DNA of 32,000 nucleotides from an uncultured Eggerthellaceae bacterium (GCA_964462135.1 CAYWWK010000001.1:203913-235912), one strand, 5' to 3'. Shown: positions 16,923-24,951, counted from the first letter of the stretch. The notes: generated by a model not told the origin, from the letters alone. Numbers and translations are program-made.

Positions 16923-18728
16923 ATGGAAGAGGCATTGAGGCAGATAGCAAAGCGCATTCGACGGGGTGAGGACATCTCTCCCAGACAGCTTGAGGCCATT
17001 CTGCGCAGGGAAAGCCGCAATCTGGCCGAGCCATCGAAGCGCCTGTCGAAGCGCGCCCTCATGGCCTATTACATGCAGCAGAGAGGCGCCCGCAGTGCGA
17101 TATGGAGATCGCTTGGACTGACCAAGGAACAAGACGATGCCATGATCGGCCTTCTGCGCGCCAAGCCCCGACGGACGGCATCGGGGGTGGCCACGGTCAC
17201 GGTGCTCACGAAGCCCTGGCCGTGTCGTGCTGATTGCCTGTACTGCCCCAACGACATCCGCATGCCGAAGAGCTACCTTTGGGACGAACCCGCCTGCCAG
17301 CGGGCTGAGAGGTGCCATTTCGACCCGTATCTGCAGGTTGGTGCGCGCCTCGGTATGCTTCACGGGATGGGGCACAACACCGACAAGGTGGAACTTATCG
17401 TGTTGGGTGGGACGTGGTTCGACTATCCCTATTCCTATCGCCTCTGGTTCGCAAGTCAGCTCTTCCGTGCGCTTGACGATTTCGGGACGGATGCCATGGA
17501 CGGCGAGATGGACCGTCGACGCCGAATCTACGAGAACGCTCCGCAGGCGTCAGAGGGTGCATTGCCTTCACTTCAGATGCGGGTGAACGAAGGTGAACTC
17601 ACCTACGCCGAGGCGCTCGGATGCCTGCCAACGCCCCCGAATGCTGACGATCTGGCTGATGTGGTCAGCGAGGACGCACTGATGTCATGGCAGAGGGCGA
17701 ACGAACGGGCGCAGGCGCGCTCCGTCGGTCTTGTCATAGAGACGCGCCCAGACACCATCACGGATGCGTCCCTTGTCGAATTGCGCACGTTTGGCGTGAC
17801 GAAGGTGCAGATGGGCATTCAGAGCCTGGACGCGGATATCCTTCGACGGAACTGTCGGTGTGGCAGTGTGGATCAAGTCGAAGAGGCGATGGGGCTGCTC
17901 CGGCTTTTCGGCTTCAAATCCCATGTGCATATGATGGCGAATCTGGCAGGATCGACGCCAGAGGCGGATGTGGAGCAGTATCGACGGTTGGTCGGTGATG
18001 AGCGCTACCTGCCTGATGAGATCAAGCTCTATCCGTGTGCCTTGGTGGAAAGCGCTCATCTGACGGATGCCTTCGGACGCGGAGAGTGGGAACCCTATTC
18101 CGAAGAGGCCTTGGTTGGATTGCTTGCTGCATGCGTCGAGGCGACCCCTGCCCATACCCGCATCTCCCGCATGATCCGAGACATCCCCTCCCAGGACATC
18201 CTCACCGGATGCCAGAAGACGAACCTTCGGCAGGTCGTTGAAGCCCACATTGCCTCGGAGGGTCAGCTCCCGTCCATCCAGGAGATGAGGATGCGCGAGG
18301 TGGCCACCCGTGATATGGATGCGGCCGTGCTGCATCTTGAAGAGGTGGCCTATGCCACCACCAACACCGACGAGGTGTTCTTGCAATGGGTGGACGAGGC
18401 GGGCACGTTGGCCGCGTTCCTGAGGCTTTCGCTGCCACGCATCCCCTCACCCGCAACCGGCGATGACGCCATGATCAGGGAGGTCCATGTCTATGGCAGG
18501 ACCTCTCGCATGCACGAGAGCAGGGAAGGGAATCAGCATCTGGGTCTGGGGAGGAAGCTCATAGAGCGAGCGTGCCATCTGGCGCGGGAGGATGGCCGGG
18601 AGGCGGTTTCCGTGATCAGCGCGGTGGGCACACGAGCCTATTATCGGCGCCTCGGATTCGAGGACGCAGGCCTGTACCAGAAATGCATCCTCGATGCTCC
18701 AGATCCGGATTGCATCGAGCTTCCGTAG
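16923..18728 (+). CDS. elp3: Elp3-family radical-SAM / GNAT acetyltransferase (bacterial Elongator Elp3 homologue)
   Basis: 601 aa. It has KPRRTASGVATVTVLTKPWPCRADCLYCPND (CX3CX2C at nt 17223-17246), then PKSYL..EPA..RA..FDPY.QV and KVELIVLGGTW. The C-terminal GNAT block is QHLGLGRKLIERA. Confidence 0.9.
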   Translation: MEEALRQIAKRIRRGEDISPRQLEAILRRESRNLAEPSKRLSKRALMAYYMQQRGARSAIWRSLGLTKEQDDAMIGLLRAKPRRTASGVATVTVLTKPWPCRADCLYCPNDIRMPKSYLWDEPACQRAERCHFDPYLQVGARLGMLHGMGHNTDKVELIVLGGTWFDYPYSYRLWFASQLFRALDDFGTDAMDGEMDRRRRIYENAPQASEGALPSLQMRVNEGELTYAEALGCLPTPPNADDLADVVSEDALMSWQRANERAQARSVGLVIETRPDTITDASLVELRTFGVTKVQMGIQSLDADILRRNCRCGSVDQVEEAMGLLRLFGFKSHVHMMANLAGSTPEADVEQYRRLVGDERYLPDEIKLYPCALVESAHLTDAFGRGEWEPYSEEALVGLLAACVEATPAHTRISRMIRDIPSQDILTGCQKTNLRQVVEAHIASEGQLPSIQEMRMREVATRDMDAAVLHLEEVAYATTNTDEVFLQWVDEAGTLAAFLRLSLPRIPSPATGDDAMIREVHVYGRTSRMHESREGNQHLGLGRKLIERACHLAREDGREAVSVISAVGTRAYYRRLGFEDAGLYQKCILDAPDPDCIELP

Positions 18729-18735
18729 CGTGTAG

Positions 18736-18758
18736 CGAAGGCTTCAGCCTTCGTTTTT
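18736..18758 (+). terminator. Intrinsic terminator of elp3, formed by a REP-like hairpin
   Basis: cgaaggc/ttca/gccttcg followed by TTTTT. It is preceded by tandem GTAGCG heads (18725-18730, overlapping the TAG stop, and 18732-18737). Confidence 0.7.
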
Positions 18759-18790
18759 CAGCAACATCCTGTCCCGTGGCGGGATGTTCG

Positions 18791-19390
18791 CTACAGCACC
18801 TCCTTGATGGCTTGCAAAAGCTCATCGTAGGTGGTGTAGGCGGGAACATCCGGATACTCCTCACGCAGCGCATCGGTGGTGCGGAAGAAGAACCCTGCCT
18901 TGGAGTAGAGGATCATCCCCACATCGTTGTAGGAATCCCCAGAGGCGATGGTTTGAAGGCCGGCTTCATGAAGGGCCCTCACCGTAGTGAGCTTCGTATC
19001 CTTGCAGCGCATCCGGTATCCCGTGATCTGACCGTCAAGCGATATCACGAGCTCATTGCAGAAGATGGTGGGCCATCCAAGCTTCTCCATCAGCGGCTGG
19101 GCGAATTGTGAGAAGGTGTCGGAAATGATGATGACCTGGGTCAAGGCACGCAGTTCATCCAAGAAGTCCTTCGCTCCCTCCATGGGTTCCATGCAGGCGA
19201 TGACCTCTTGAATGTCCTTGATGCCAAGACCATGCTTGCGGAGCAGGTCAAGACGATATTCCATGAGCTTGTCGTAGTCAGGTTCATCTCGGGTAGTGCG
19301 CTTGAGCCCTTCTATCCCCGTCTTCTCTGCAACGGCAATCCAGATCTCTGGAACCAGCACGCCTTCAAGGTCAAGGCAAACGACATTCAT
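18791..19390 (-). CDS. thrH: ThrH-type phosphoserine phosphatase / homoserine phosphotransferase (HAD family)
   Basis: 199 aa from the ATG at 19390, with AGGAG 9 nt upstream. MNVVCLDLEGVLVPEIWIAVAEKTGI...TTRDEPDYDKLM...ISDTF.QFAQPLM...ASGDSYND closely parallels Pseudomonas aeruginosa ThrH, recalled from memory. Confidence 0.85.
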   Translation of the reverse strand: MNVVCLDLEGVLVPEIWIAVAEKTGIEGLKRTTRDEPDYDKLMEYRLDLLRKHGLGIKDIQEVIACMEPMEGAKDFLDELRALTQVIIISDTFSQFAQPLMEKLGWPTIFCNELVISLDGQITGYRMRCKDTKLTTVRALHEAGLQTIASGDSYNDVGMILYSKAGFFFRTTDALREEYPDVPAYTTYDELLQAIKEVL

Positions 19391-19514
19391 CTTGGCGCTC
19401 CTATTCGAGTGTTGGTAGGTTATGCTATTCAGTATACGTTCTTGGAATCCATGAAGCATCGCTGGGCAGGGGAGAGTGGCCGGGTCTGGCGGTGAAAGCG
19501 GCAGGCGGGAGAAG

Positions 19515-20822
19515 ATGAAGGCATCAAGGCTGACAGAAGAAGAGATGGCCTCGCTGTCCCAAGCAGGGTCGAAGAAGCTGGATATCCTCAGCCGATGGCT
19601 TGACAATCAGCTCACGTGCTCGCATTGCGGGAAGTGCACGCGAAGGTGCGACATCCTTGAAGGCCCGGGCTTGGACATGGGCCGCATCATCGCTGCCTAC
19701 GAAAGGATCATGCAGCTTCCCTACGATGAGCAGCCCGGCGGCATCCTTGCGCTGGCCCAAGAGGATTTCCAGCTCTACCACACGCTCAGACGGTGCTGCT
19801 TCTGCGGGCACTGCACGGCTGCGTGCGCCCGCCATATCGGCGCACCTGACCACATGCGTGCATGGCGCGAGCTGTTCATGCGTGCCAACCTCATGCCCCC
19901 TGACGACTCCAAGCTTGTGATGGTTGACAACGAATGGCATATCTTCAGCGCCTATCGCGCCATCTACCAGATAGGCTATCCCGATGCCATCACGCTTGAT
20001 ACTGCTGCCGAGGCGGGACCGGGTTTGGTTGACACGCTGCTGTTTCCCGGTTGCTCGCTGGTTTCCTACGCCCCCCAGGTGGTCACTGCGTTGGGGAAGT
20101 GGCTTTCAGGCGCAGGCATCCACTGGGCGCTTTCCGATGACTGCTGTGGCAGTCCGCTCATGAGTGCGGGCATGTTCGAGCGCGCACGGGATCTGCGGGC
20201 TTCCGTCATACAGAAGATGCAGCGCGCCGGCATCAGGCGCATGGTCACCATCTGTCCGGGATGCGCCGATGAGTTCCGAGAGGACATGCCTGCGGACATA
20301 GAGCTCGTTCCGCTGCCGGAATTGCTTCTGGCAGGTTTGGATGAACGTCTCCGGCAGGGTGTGGACAGTGGTTTCGCCCCACTGGACATTCCTTCCGTCA
20401 CCTTCTTCGACTCATGCCATGATCGCGAAGACACGCGCAATGCCAATGCCCTGCGCAAGCTCTTCGCCCGTCTTCTGCCTCATACCGTGCAGGTTGAGAT
20501 GGATCATGCGCGGCGAGGAACGCTCTGCTGCGGCGCGGGGGGTGCCGTCTCTTCCTACGATGCTGATATTACCAATGAACGTGTTTGGCGCGTGATCAAC
20601 GAGGCGAAGCTCACTGGGGCCTCCACGCTGATCACCATGTGTCCCACCTGCACCTATACCGTTGCCCAAGCCTGTTTGGCTGCTCCCCAGGAAGGTATCG
20701 AGAACCTGCATTACCTTGAGGCGCTTCTTGGCGTGAGGATAGACTGGGCGGAAGTGTTCCAGCAACTCGGCGATATGTGGACGGGTGAATACGGCCCGTG
20801 GCTCAATCAGACCTTCTTCTAG
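19515..20822 (+). CDS. (Fe-S)-binding protein with two 4Fe-4S motifs and two CCG domains (HdrD/GlcF/LutA-like)
   Basis: It has CSHCGKCTRRC and CCFCGHCTAAC, then CCG-type blocks (FPGCSL..., CCGSPL, ICPGC, FDSCH, LCCGAGG, MCPTC). The start was set to the ATG at 19515, downstream of gggaga. Confidence 0.75.
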   Translation: MKASRLTEEEMASLSQAGSKKLDILSRWLDNQLTCSHCGKCTRRCDILEGPGLDMGRIIAAYERIMQLPYDEQPGGILALAQEDFQLYHTLRRCCFCGHCTAACARHIGAPDHMRAWRELFMRANLMPPDDSKLVMVDNEWHIFSAYRAIYQIGYPDAITLDTAAEAGPGLVDTLLFPGCSLVSYAPQVVTALGKWLSGAGIHWALSDDCCGSPLMSAGMFERARDLRASVIQKMQRAGIRRMVTICPGCADEFREDMPADIELVPLPELLLAGLDERLRQGVDSGFAPLDIPSVTFFDSCHDREDTRNANALRKLFARLLPHTVQVEMDHARRGTLCCGAGGAVSSYDADITNERVWRVINEAKLTGASTLITMCPTCTYTVAQACLAAPQEGIENLHYLEALLGVRIDWAEVFQQLGDMWTGEYGPWLNQTFF

Positions 20823-20836
20823 GGAGATGCAAGGCT

Positions 20837-21667
20837 ATGGCAACGGATGGAACAGAAGCGCAATCGACGAATCCAAAGCGCGCTTCCTTTGGGAATAGGG
20901 GACAGGTCACCAGCAGGCCCTCCCGGGACAGCATCGTCTCGTCATACGCTGCTCAAGATGCGGCTCGGGCACGCAATGCCCGCATGCATTCCCAAGAGGC
21001 CGCCCGCTCCTACAATGAGAACTCGCTTCGTCTGAAGGAGCGGGAGAACCAGCGTCGCATCTTGGAGGCGCAGCGGGCTGAGCAGGAGCGCATGAGCGCC
21101 CAGCGGCGGCAGGCCCAACGCGAGATGGACGCAGCCAACGCACGCACCTATTCCAGCATCCATGAGCAAGAGGCTCACGAGATCACCCGCGCTCACAAGA
21201 TAGCGCGTCCCCTGAGTTCGCAAGAGAGTCACAATCGAACCGTGATGTCGCGTGATGCCTATGAGCGAGAACGGGAGATGCGCGATGCCCTTTCCGCTCG
21301 ACGAAGTGCACGAACCACCAATCGTGAGGTCATCGATGGACGAGGGAGCATCGATTCACGCGCCTTCAATGAACAGAATCGCATGGTTGGGTATTCCGTC
21401 AGCGAAGAGGACAAGCCCGCGCCTGCCGTGGACGCCTCCAATCCCAAGGCGAAGTGGAGATCACATGCGGGGCAGGGTTTTGGCAATGGGGCCCGACCGT
21501 GGGTGAACCGTCACATTGATCTGGGTTCGCTTTCCGATTCCATCAGCGGCAGCGCCAACTACAGCAAGGGTTCTTCGCCCTTCTCGTCTCTGCCACCCTT
21601 CGTGCGCGTCGTCATACCACTGCTCGTGCTGCTGCTCATCGTCCTCATCTTCATCGTGTTCTTCTGA
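20837..21667 (+). CDS. Hypothetical tail-anchored protein, R/Q/E-rich low-complexity region plus a C-terminal TM helix
   Basis: 276 aa from the ATG at 20837, with GGGAGA upstream. It has a charged, coiled-coil-like segment (ERENQRRILEAQRAEQERMSAQRRQAQREMD) and ends in VVIPLLVLLLIVLIFIVFF. It starts 14 nt after the Fe-S protein gene. Confidence 0.6.
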   Translation: MATDGTEAQSTNPKRASFGNRGQVTSRPSRDSIVSSYAAQDAARARNARMHSQEAARSYNENSLRLKERENQRRILEAQRAEQERMSAQRRQAQREMDAANARTYSSIHEQEAHEITRAHKIARPLSSQESHNRTVMSRDAYEREREMRDALSARRSARTTNREVIDGRGSIDSRAFNEQNRMVGYSVSEEDKPAPAVDASNPKAKWRSHAGQGFGNGARPWVNRHIDLGSLSDSISGSANYSKGSSPFSSLPPFVRVVIPLLVLLLIVLIFIVFF

Positions 21668-21735
21668 CAGCACCTGTGGGGTTTATGCGTTGCCGGCATC
21701 TCTTGCCCCACCCAGATGAACCCTACAGCGCGTCC

Positions 21736-21770
21736 GTAGCGAAGGCTTCAGCCTTCGTCCCCCGAAGGGA
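21736..21770 (+). repeat. REP-like element with three arms (A-A'-A) between convergent genes
   Basis: GTAGCG, then cgaaggc/ttca/gccttcg, then tcccc-cgaaggg. The middle arm can pair with either flank. Positions 21736-21757 are identical to 18732-18753. Confidence 0.65.
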
Positions 21771-21810
21771 TCCCATCCGGTACAGGACCCTCCCCGAGGC
21801 ATCTCAAGCC

Positions 21811-22746
21811 TCATGCCATCAACAGACGCACGCCAAAGTAACCCAGAACGGCGATGCCCAGCACGATGCGGTAGACGCCGAAGGCGGTGAAGTCGTTCTT
21901 CTTGATGTAGCCCATCAGGAACTTGATGGAGATGACGGACACGATGAAGGCCGTCATGACGCCGGTGATGAGGACGGCAACCTCCGTACCGGTCATTGCC
22001 AATCCAAGCTCGGCGATGTACTTGATGGTCTTCAAAAGCCCCCAGCCGAACATGATGGGAATCGCCAGGAAGAACGTGAACTCGGCAGCAGCGGTTCGGG
22101 AGCATCCGCAAAGCATTCCGCCAATGATGGTGGAGCCAGACCGCGAGGTTCCCGGCACGATGGCAAGCACTTGGAAAAGCCCGATCTTCAACGCCGTCTT
22201 CCAATCGATGTCATCCACGGTCTTTATGGGGAACAGCGCCATCTCGGCATCGTCGCCATCATCTCCGGCGCCGATGCGGGCATGCTTGCCGCGGGGCGCT
22301 CTTGCGGCAAGGAAGGCCGCTTCCCGCTTGCGGTTGTGGCGTTCAAGCACGATGAAGACGATGCCATAGACGATGAGGGCGGCGGCCACCGTCCAAGCGT
22401 TGTGGAAGTGCTCGGTGAAGAAGTCGTCGAAGGCGACGCCAATGATAGCGGCAGGGATGCAGCCGATGACCACCATGCCCCACAGGCGCCATGTCTCGCG
22501 CTTCTCAGGCGCGGATTTCTTCGGGGAGAGGGGGTTGAGCTTATGGAAGTACAGGATGATGACGGCCATGATGGCGCCGATCTGTATCACGACCAAGAAC
22601 AGCTCGCGGAATGCGTCGGATACTTGGAGCTGCACGAATTCATCGACGAGGATCATGTGTCCGGTCGAGGATATCGGCAGCCATTCGGTGATACCCTCCA
22701 CTATGCCGATGAGAAGCGCCTTGAGAATCTCCATGAATGCTTCCAT
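21811..22746 (-). CDS. uppP: Undecaprenyl-diphosphate phosphatase
   Basis: 311 aa. It has the N-terminal block IVEGITEWLPISSTGH and a later block PGTSRSGSTI. A charged insertion lies in the central loop. Confidence 0.93.
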   Translation of the reverse strand: MEAFMEILKALLIGIVEGITEWLPISSTGHMILVDEFVQLQVSDAFRELFLVVIQIGAIMAVIILYFHKLNPLSPKKSAPEKRETWRLWGMVVIGCIPAAIIGVAFDDFFTEHFHNAWTVAAALIVYGIVFIVLERHNRKREAAFLAARAPRGKHARIGAGDDGDDAEMALFPIKTVDDIDWKTALKIGLFQVLAIVPGTSRSGSTIIGGMLCGCSRTAAAEFTFFLAIPIMFGWGLLKTIKYIAELGLAMTGTEVAVLITGVMTAFIVSVISIKFLMGYIKKNDFTAFGVYRIVLGIAVLGYFGVRLLMA

Positions 22747-22960
22747 GGTCTTGCCTGCTCCTTTCTTGATGCAACTCCCTCGGGAATGATGACAAATATG
22801 CCCTAAGAGGGCAACCTTGGAATCAGCGTCGGTCTATCCTTTACAGGAAATTGACGATGCATCCACGCATGAGGCGCAATCGGATGGATCGGACGCATCT
22901 GTGCGGGTGATGTTCCTATCCTTGTCCCTTGACGAAGGATGCGCATCGCAAGGAGAGATC

Positions 22961-23731
22961 ATGGATCTTCTGTACGACATGCATTGCCACGTGGATTTCG
23001 CCGAAGAGGCAAAGGGTATCGTTGCCCAATCCGCCCAAGCCAACATCAAGGCACTCAGCTGCACGGTGACGCCCTCAAGCTTCGTCTCCGACATCGACCA
23101 GTTCGCGGGCTTCGAGAACATCACCTTCGCGCTGGGACTGCACCCATGGTGGGTGGCGGACCGAAGGGCAAGCGAGGTTGACATCGCACACTTCATCTCA
23201 TTGCTTCCTGAGGCTCCCTTCGTGGGCGAGATAGGGCTTGACCTGTCGGGGGTCCGCAAGGAAACGAAGGACGACCAGATCAGGGTGCTCACCCGGCTGC
23301 TGCAGGCAATCCAGGAGGCTGGGGACGGCCGGGTCATCACATTCCACGGCGTTCGCAGTGCAAGCATGCTGCTGGACATTCTGGAGAGCATGCAGGTTGC
23401 GAAGGGCAACCGGTGCCTTCTGCATTGGTTCCAGGGATCTCCTGAGGAGTTCGGCCGTGCGGTCAGCATGGGAATGAGCTTCTCTGTGGGCATGCGCATG
23501 CTTGCCACGCCGAAAGGCACCCTGTTCGCTGCAGGCATCCCAGACGAGCAATTGCTCTTGGAAACCGATGAGCCAGCTCACGAGGGAAGCGTTTGGAGCA
23601 TAGGGGCTTGGAGGGAAGAGCTTGAGAACACGCTGGTGTCCCTTGCATCCCTCAGGGAATGCAGCCCCCAGCATCTGGGCGAGGTCCTCACTCGCAATTC
23701 CGAGTCGCTTCTGCTGTATCCCTTTGCCTGA
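22961..23731 (+). CDS. TatD-family metal-dependent hydrolase
   Basis: 256 aa from the ATG at 22961, directly after AAGGAGAG. It has DMHCHVDF, GEIGLD, HW and ETD blocks. The 48-codon upstream extension in the ORF track has no RBS. Confidence 0.8.
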   Translation: MDLLYDMHCHVDFAEEAKGIVAQSAQANIKALSCTVTPSSFVSDIDQFAGFENITFALGLHPWWVADRRASEVDIAHFISLLPEAPFVGEIGLDLSGVRKETKDDQIRVLTRLLQAIQEAGDGRVITFHGVRSASMLLDILESMQVAKGNRCLLHWFQGSPEEFGRAVSMGMSFSVGMRMLATPKGTLFAAGIPDEQLLLETDEPAHEGSVWSIGAWREELENTLVSLASLRECSPQHLGEVLTRNSESLLLYPFA

Positions 23732-23791
23732 TATCACAGGTTCTGCTACGTGCTGAGACTCCTTCGGGTATCATAGCCATCACGCGCAGAC

Positions 23792-23810
23792 AGGGCCCTC
23801 TGGGCCCTTT
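23792..23810 (+). terminator. Weak terminator-like hairpin after the TatD gene
   Basis: agggccc/tct/gggccct followed by tt. Short U-tract only. Confidence 0.35.
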
Positions 23811-23843
23811 GAGCGCTAAGGATTTGATCCGAAAGGATGAAAG

Positions 23844-24125
23844 ATGCCAGATCAGAACCAGGCATTCGAGGAGATCGAGAAGCATCGCCGCTCTATCGAT
23901 GAGATCGATGAGCAGCTGGTGGAGCTCCTCAACAAGCGCGCAGGTCATTCGTTGGTGATCCGCGGGCTGAAACCCGAGGCCAAGATGGGCCTTTTCGACG
24001 CACGTCGCGAAGAGGAGATCTTGACGAAGGTGGCAAGCATGAATGACGGACCTCTCTACAACGAGAACCTTCGGGAGATCTACTCGACCATCTTGAAGGT
24101 CATGAAGGAGACGCCGTCAGTATGA
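23844..24125 (+). CDS. Chorismate mutase, AroQ (type II) class
   Basis: 93 aa. The blocks R..IDEIDEQLVELLNKRA and R.EEIL match the AroQ helical chorismate mutase pattern. Confidence 0.85.
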   Translation: MPDQNQAFEEIEKHRRSIDEIDEQLVELLNKRAGHSLVIRGLKPEAKMGLFDARREEEILTKVASMNDGPLYNENLREIYSTILKVMKETPSV

Positions 24126-24922
24126 ACCAGGAAACCATACCACCCATCCCTGATCTGGGTCAGCGCACCGATGAGATAACCATCTACGCTGGTCCCTGTT
24201 CAGTTGAGTCCGCCGAGCAATTCGATGAAGTGGCCGAGTGCATCAAGGGTCTGGGACTGCACTGGATCCGTGGCGGCGCGTTCAAGCCCCGCACGAACCC
24301 CCATTCCTTCCAAGGCCTGGGCGAAGAGGCGCTCAGGATCATGAAGGAGACGGGCGATGCCCATGGTCTGCTCACGTTGACCGAGGTCATGGACTCAGCC
24401 CATTGCGATCTGGTCCATTCCTATGTGGACGGCCTGCAGGTGGGGGCGCGCAATTTCCAGAATTTCTCCCTGTTGAAGAAGATCGGACAGGTCACGGCAG
24501 AATCCCACAAGATGGTCCTCTACAAGCGTGGATTCGCGGGCACGGTTGCCGAATGGCTGGCCGCCTGTGACTACATCTCCGATTGCGGGAACCAGAACAT
24601 CGTGCTGTGCGAGCGCGGCATTCGCACGTTCGAGACTGCCACGCGCTTCACGCTTGACATCGCGGCGGTGCCGGTCATCCACAAGCAATCGCTCTACCCG
24701 GTCTGCATCGATGTCTCCCATCCGGCCGGACAGCGTGACTTGGTCCCCGCCTTGGCGAAGGCGGCGGTGGCGGCAGGTGCCGACAGTCTGATGATCGAGG
24801 TTCACCCGAATCCGCCCGCCGCATTGTCTGATGGCCCTCAGCAGCTGACCCCTGCCCAGTTCGAGGTATTGGTCTCAGAGCTGCGCCAGATTGCAGACGT
24901 GCTGGGCAAGAAGATCGTATGA
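24122..24922 (+). CDS. aroF: 3-deoxy-7-phosphoheptulonate (DAHP) synthase, type I-beta
   Basis: 266 aa. It has the blocks GPCSVES, GAFKPRTNPHSFQGLG, ERGIRTFE, DVSH and EVHPNP. The ATG overlaps the chorismate mutase stop (ATGA). Confidence 0.9.
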   Translation: MNQETIPPIPDLGQRTDEITIYAGPCSVESAEQFDEVAECIKGLGLHWIRGGAFKPRTNPHSFQGLGEEALRIMKETGDAHGLLTLTEVMDSAHCDLVHSYVDGLQVGARNFQNFSLLKKIGQVTAESHKMVLYKRGFAGTVAEWLAACDYISDCGNQNIVLCERGIRTFETATRFTLDIAAVPVIHKQSLYPVCIDVSHPAGQRDLVPALAKAAVAAGADSLMIEVHPNPPAALSDGPQQLTPAQFEVLVSELRQIADVLGKKIV

Positions 24923-24951
24923 TCTGAGCAATCCATGGAGGAAGATCAGTT

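Noticed and set aside
15385-17375. N-terminally extended versions of real genes in the ORF track. These are 15385-16326, 16158-17375, 18791-19606, 29984-30421, 22817-23731, 14033-15400, 19476-20822, 20798-21667 and 10559-12196.
   Set aside because: The extensions have junk-like composition, overlap neighbouring genes or promoters, and lack RBSs. Internal starts with good SD sequences or -10 boxes coincide with the start of family homology.
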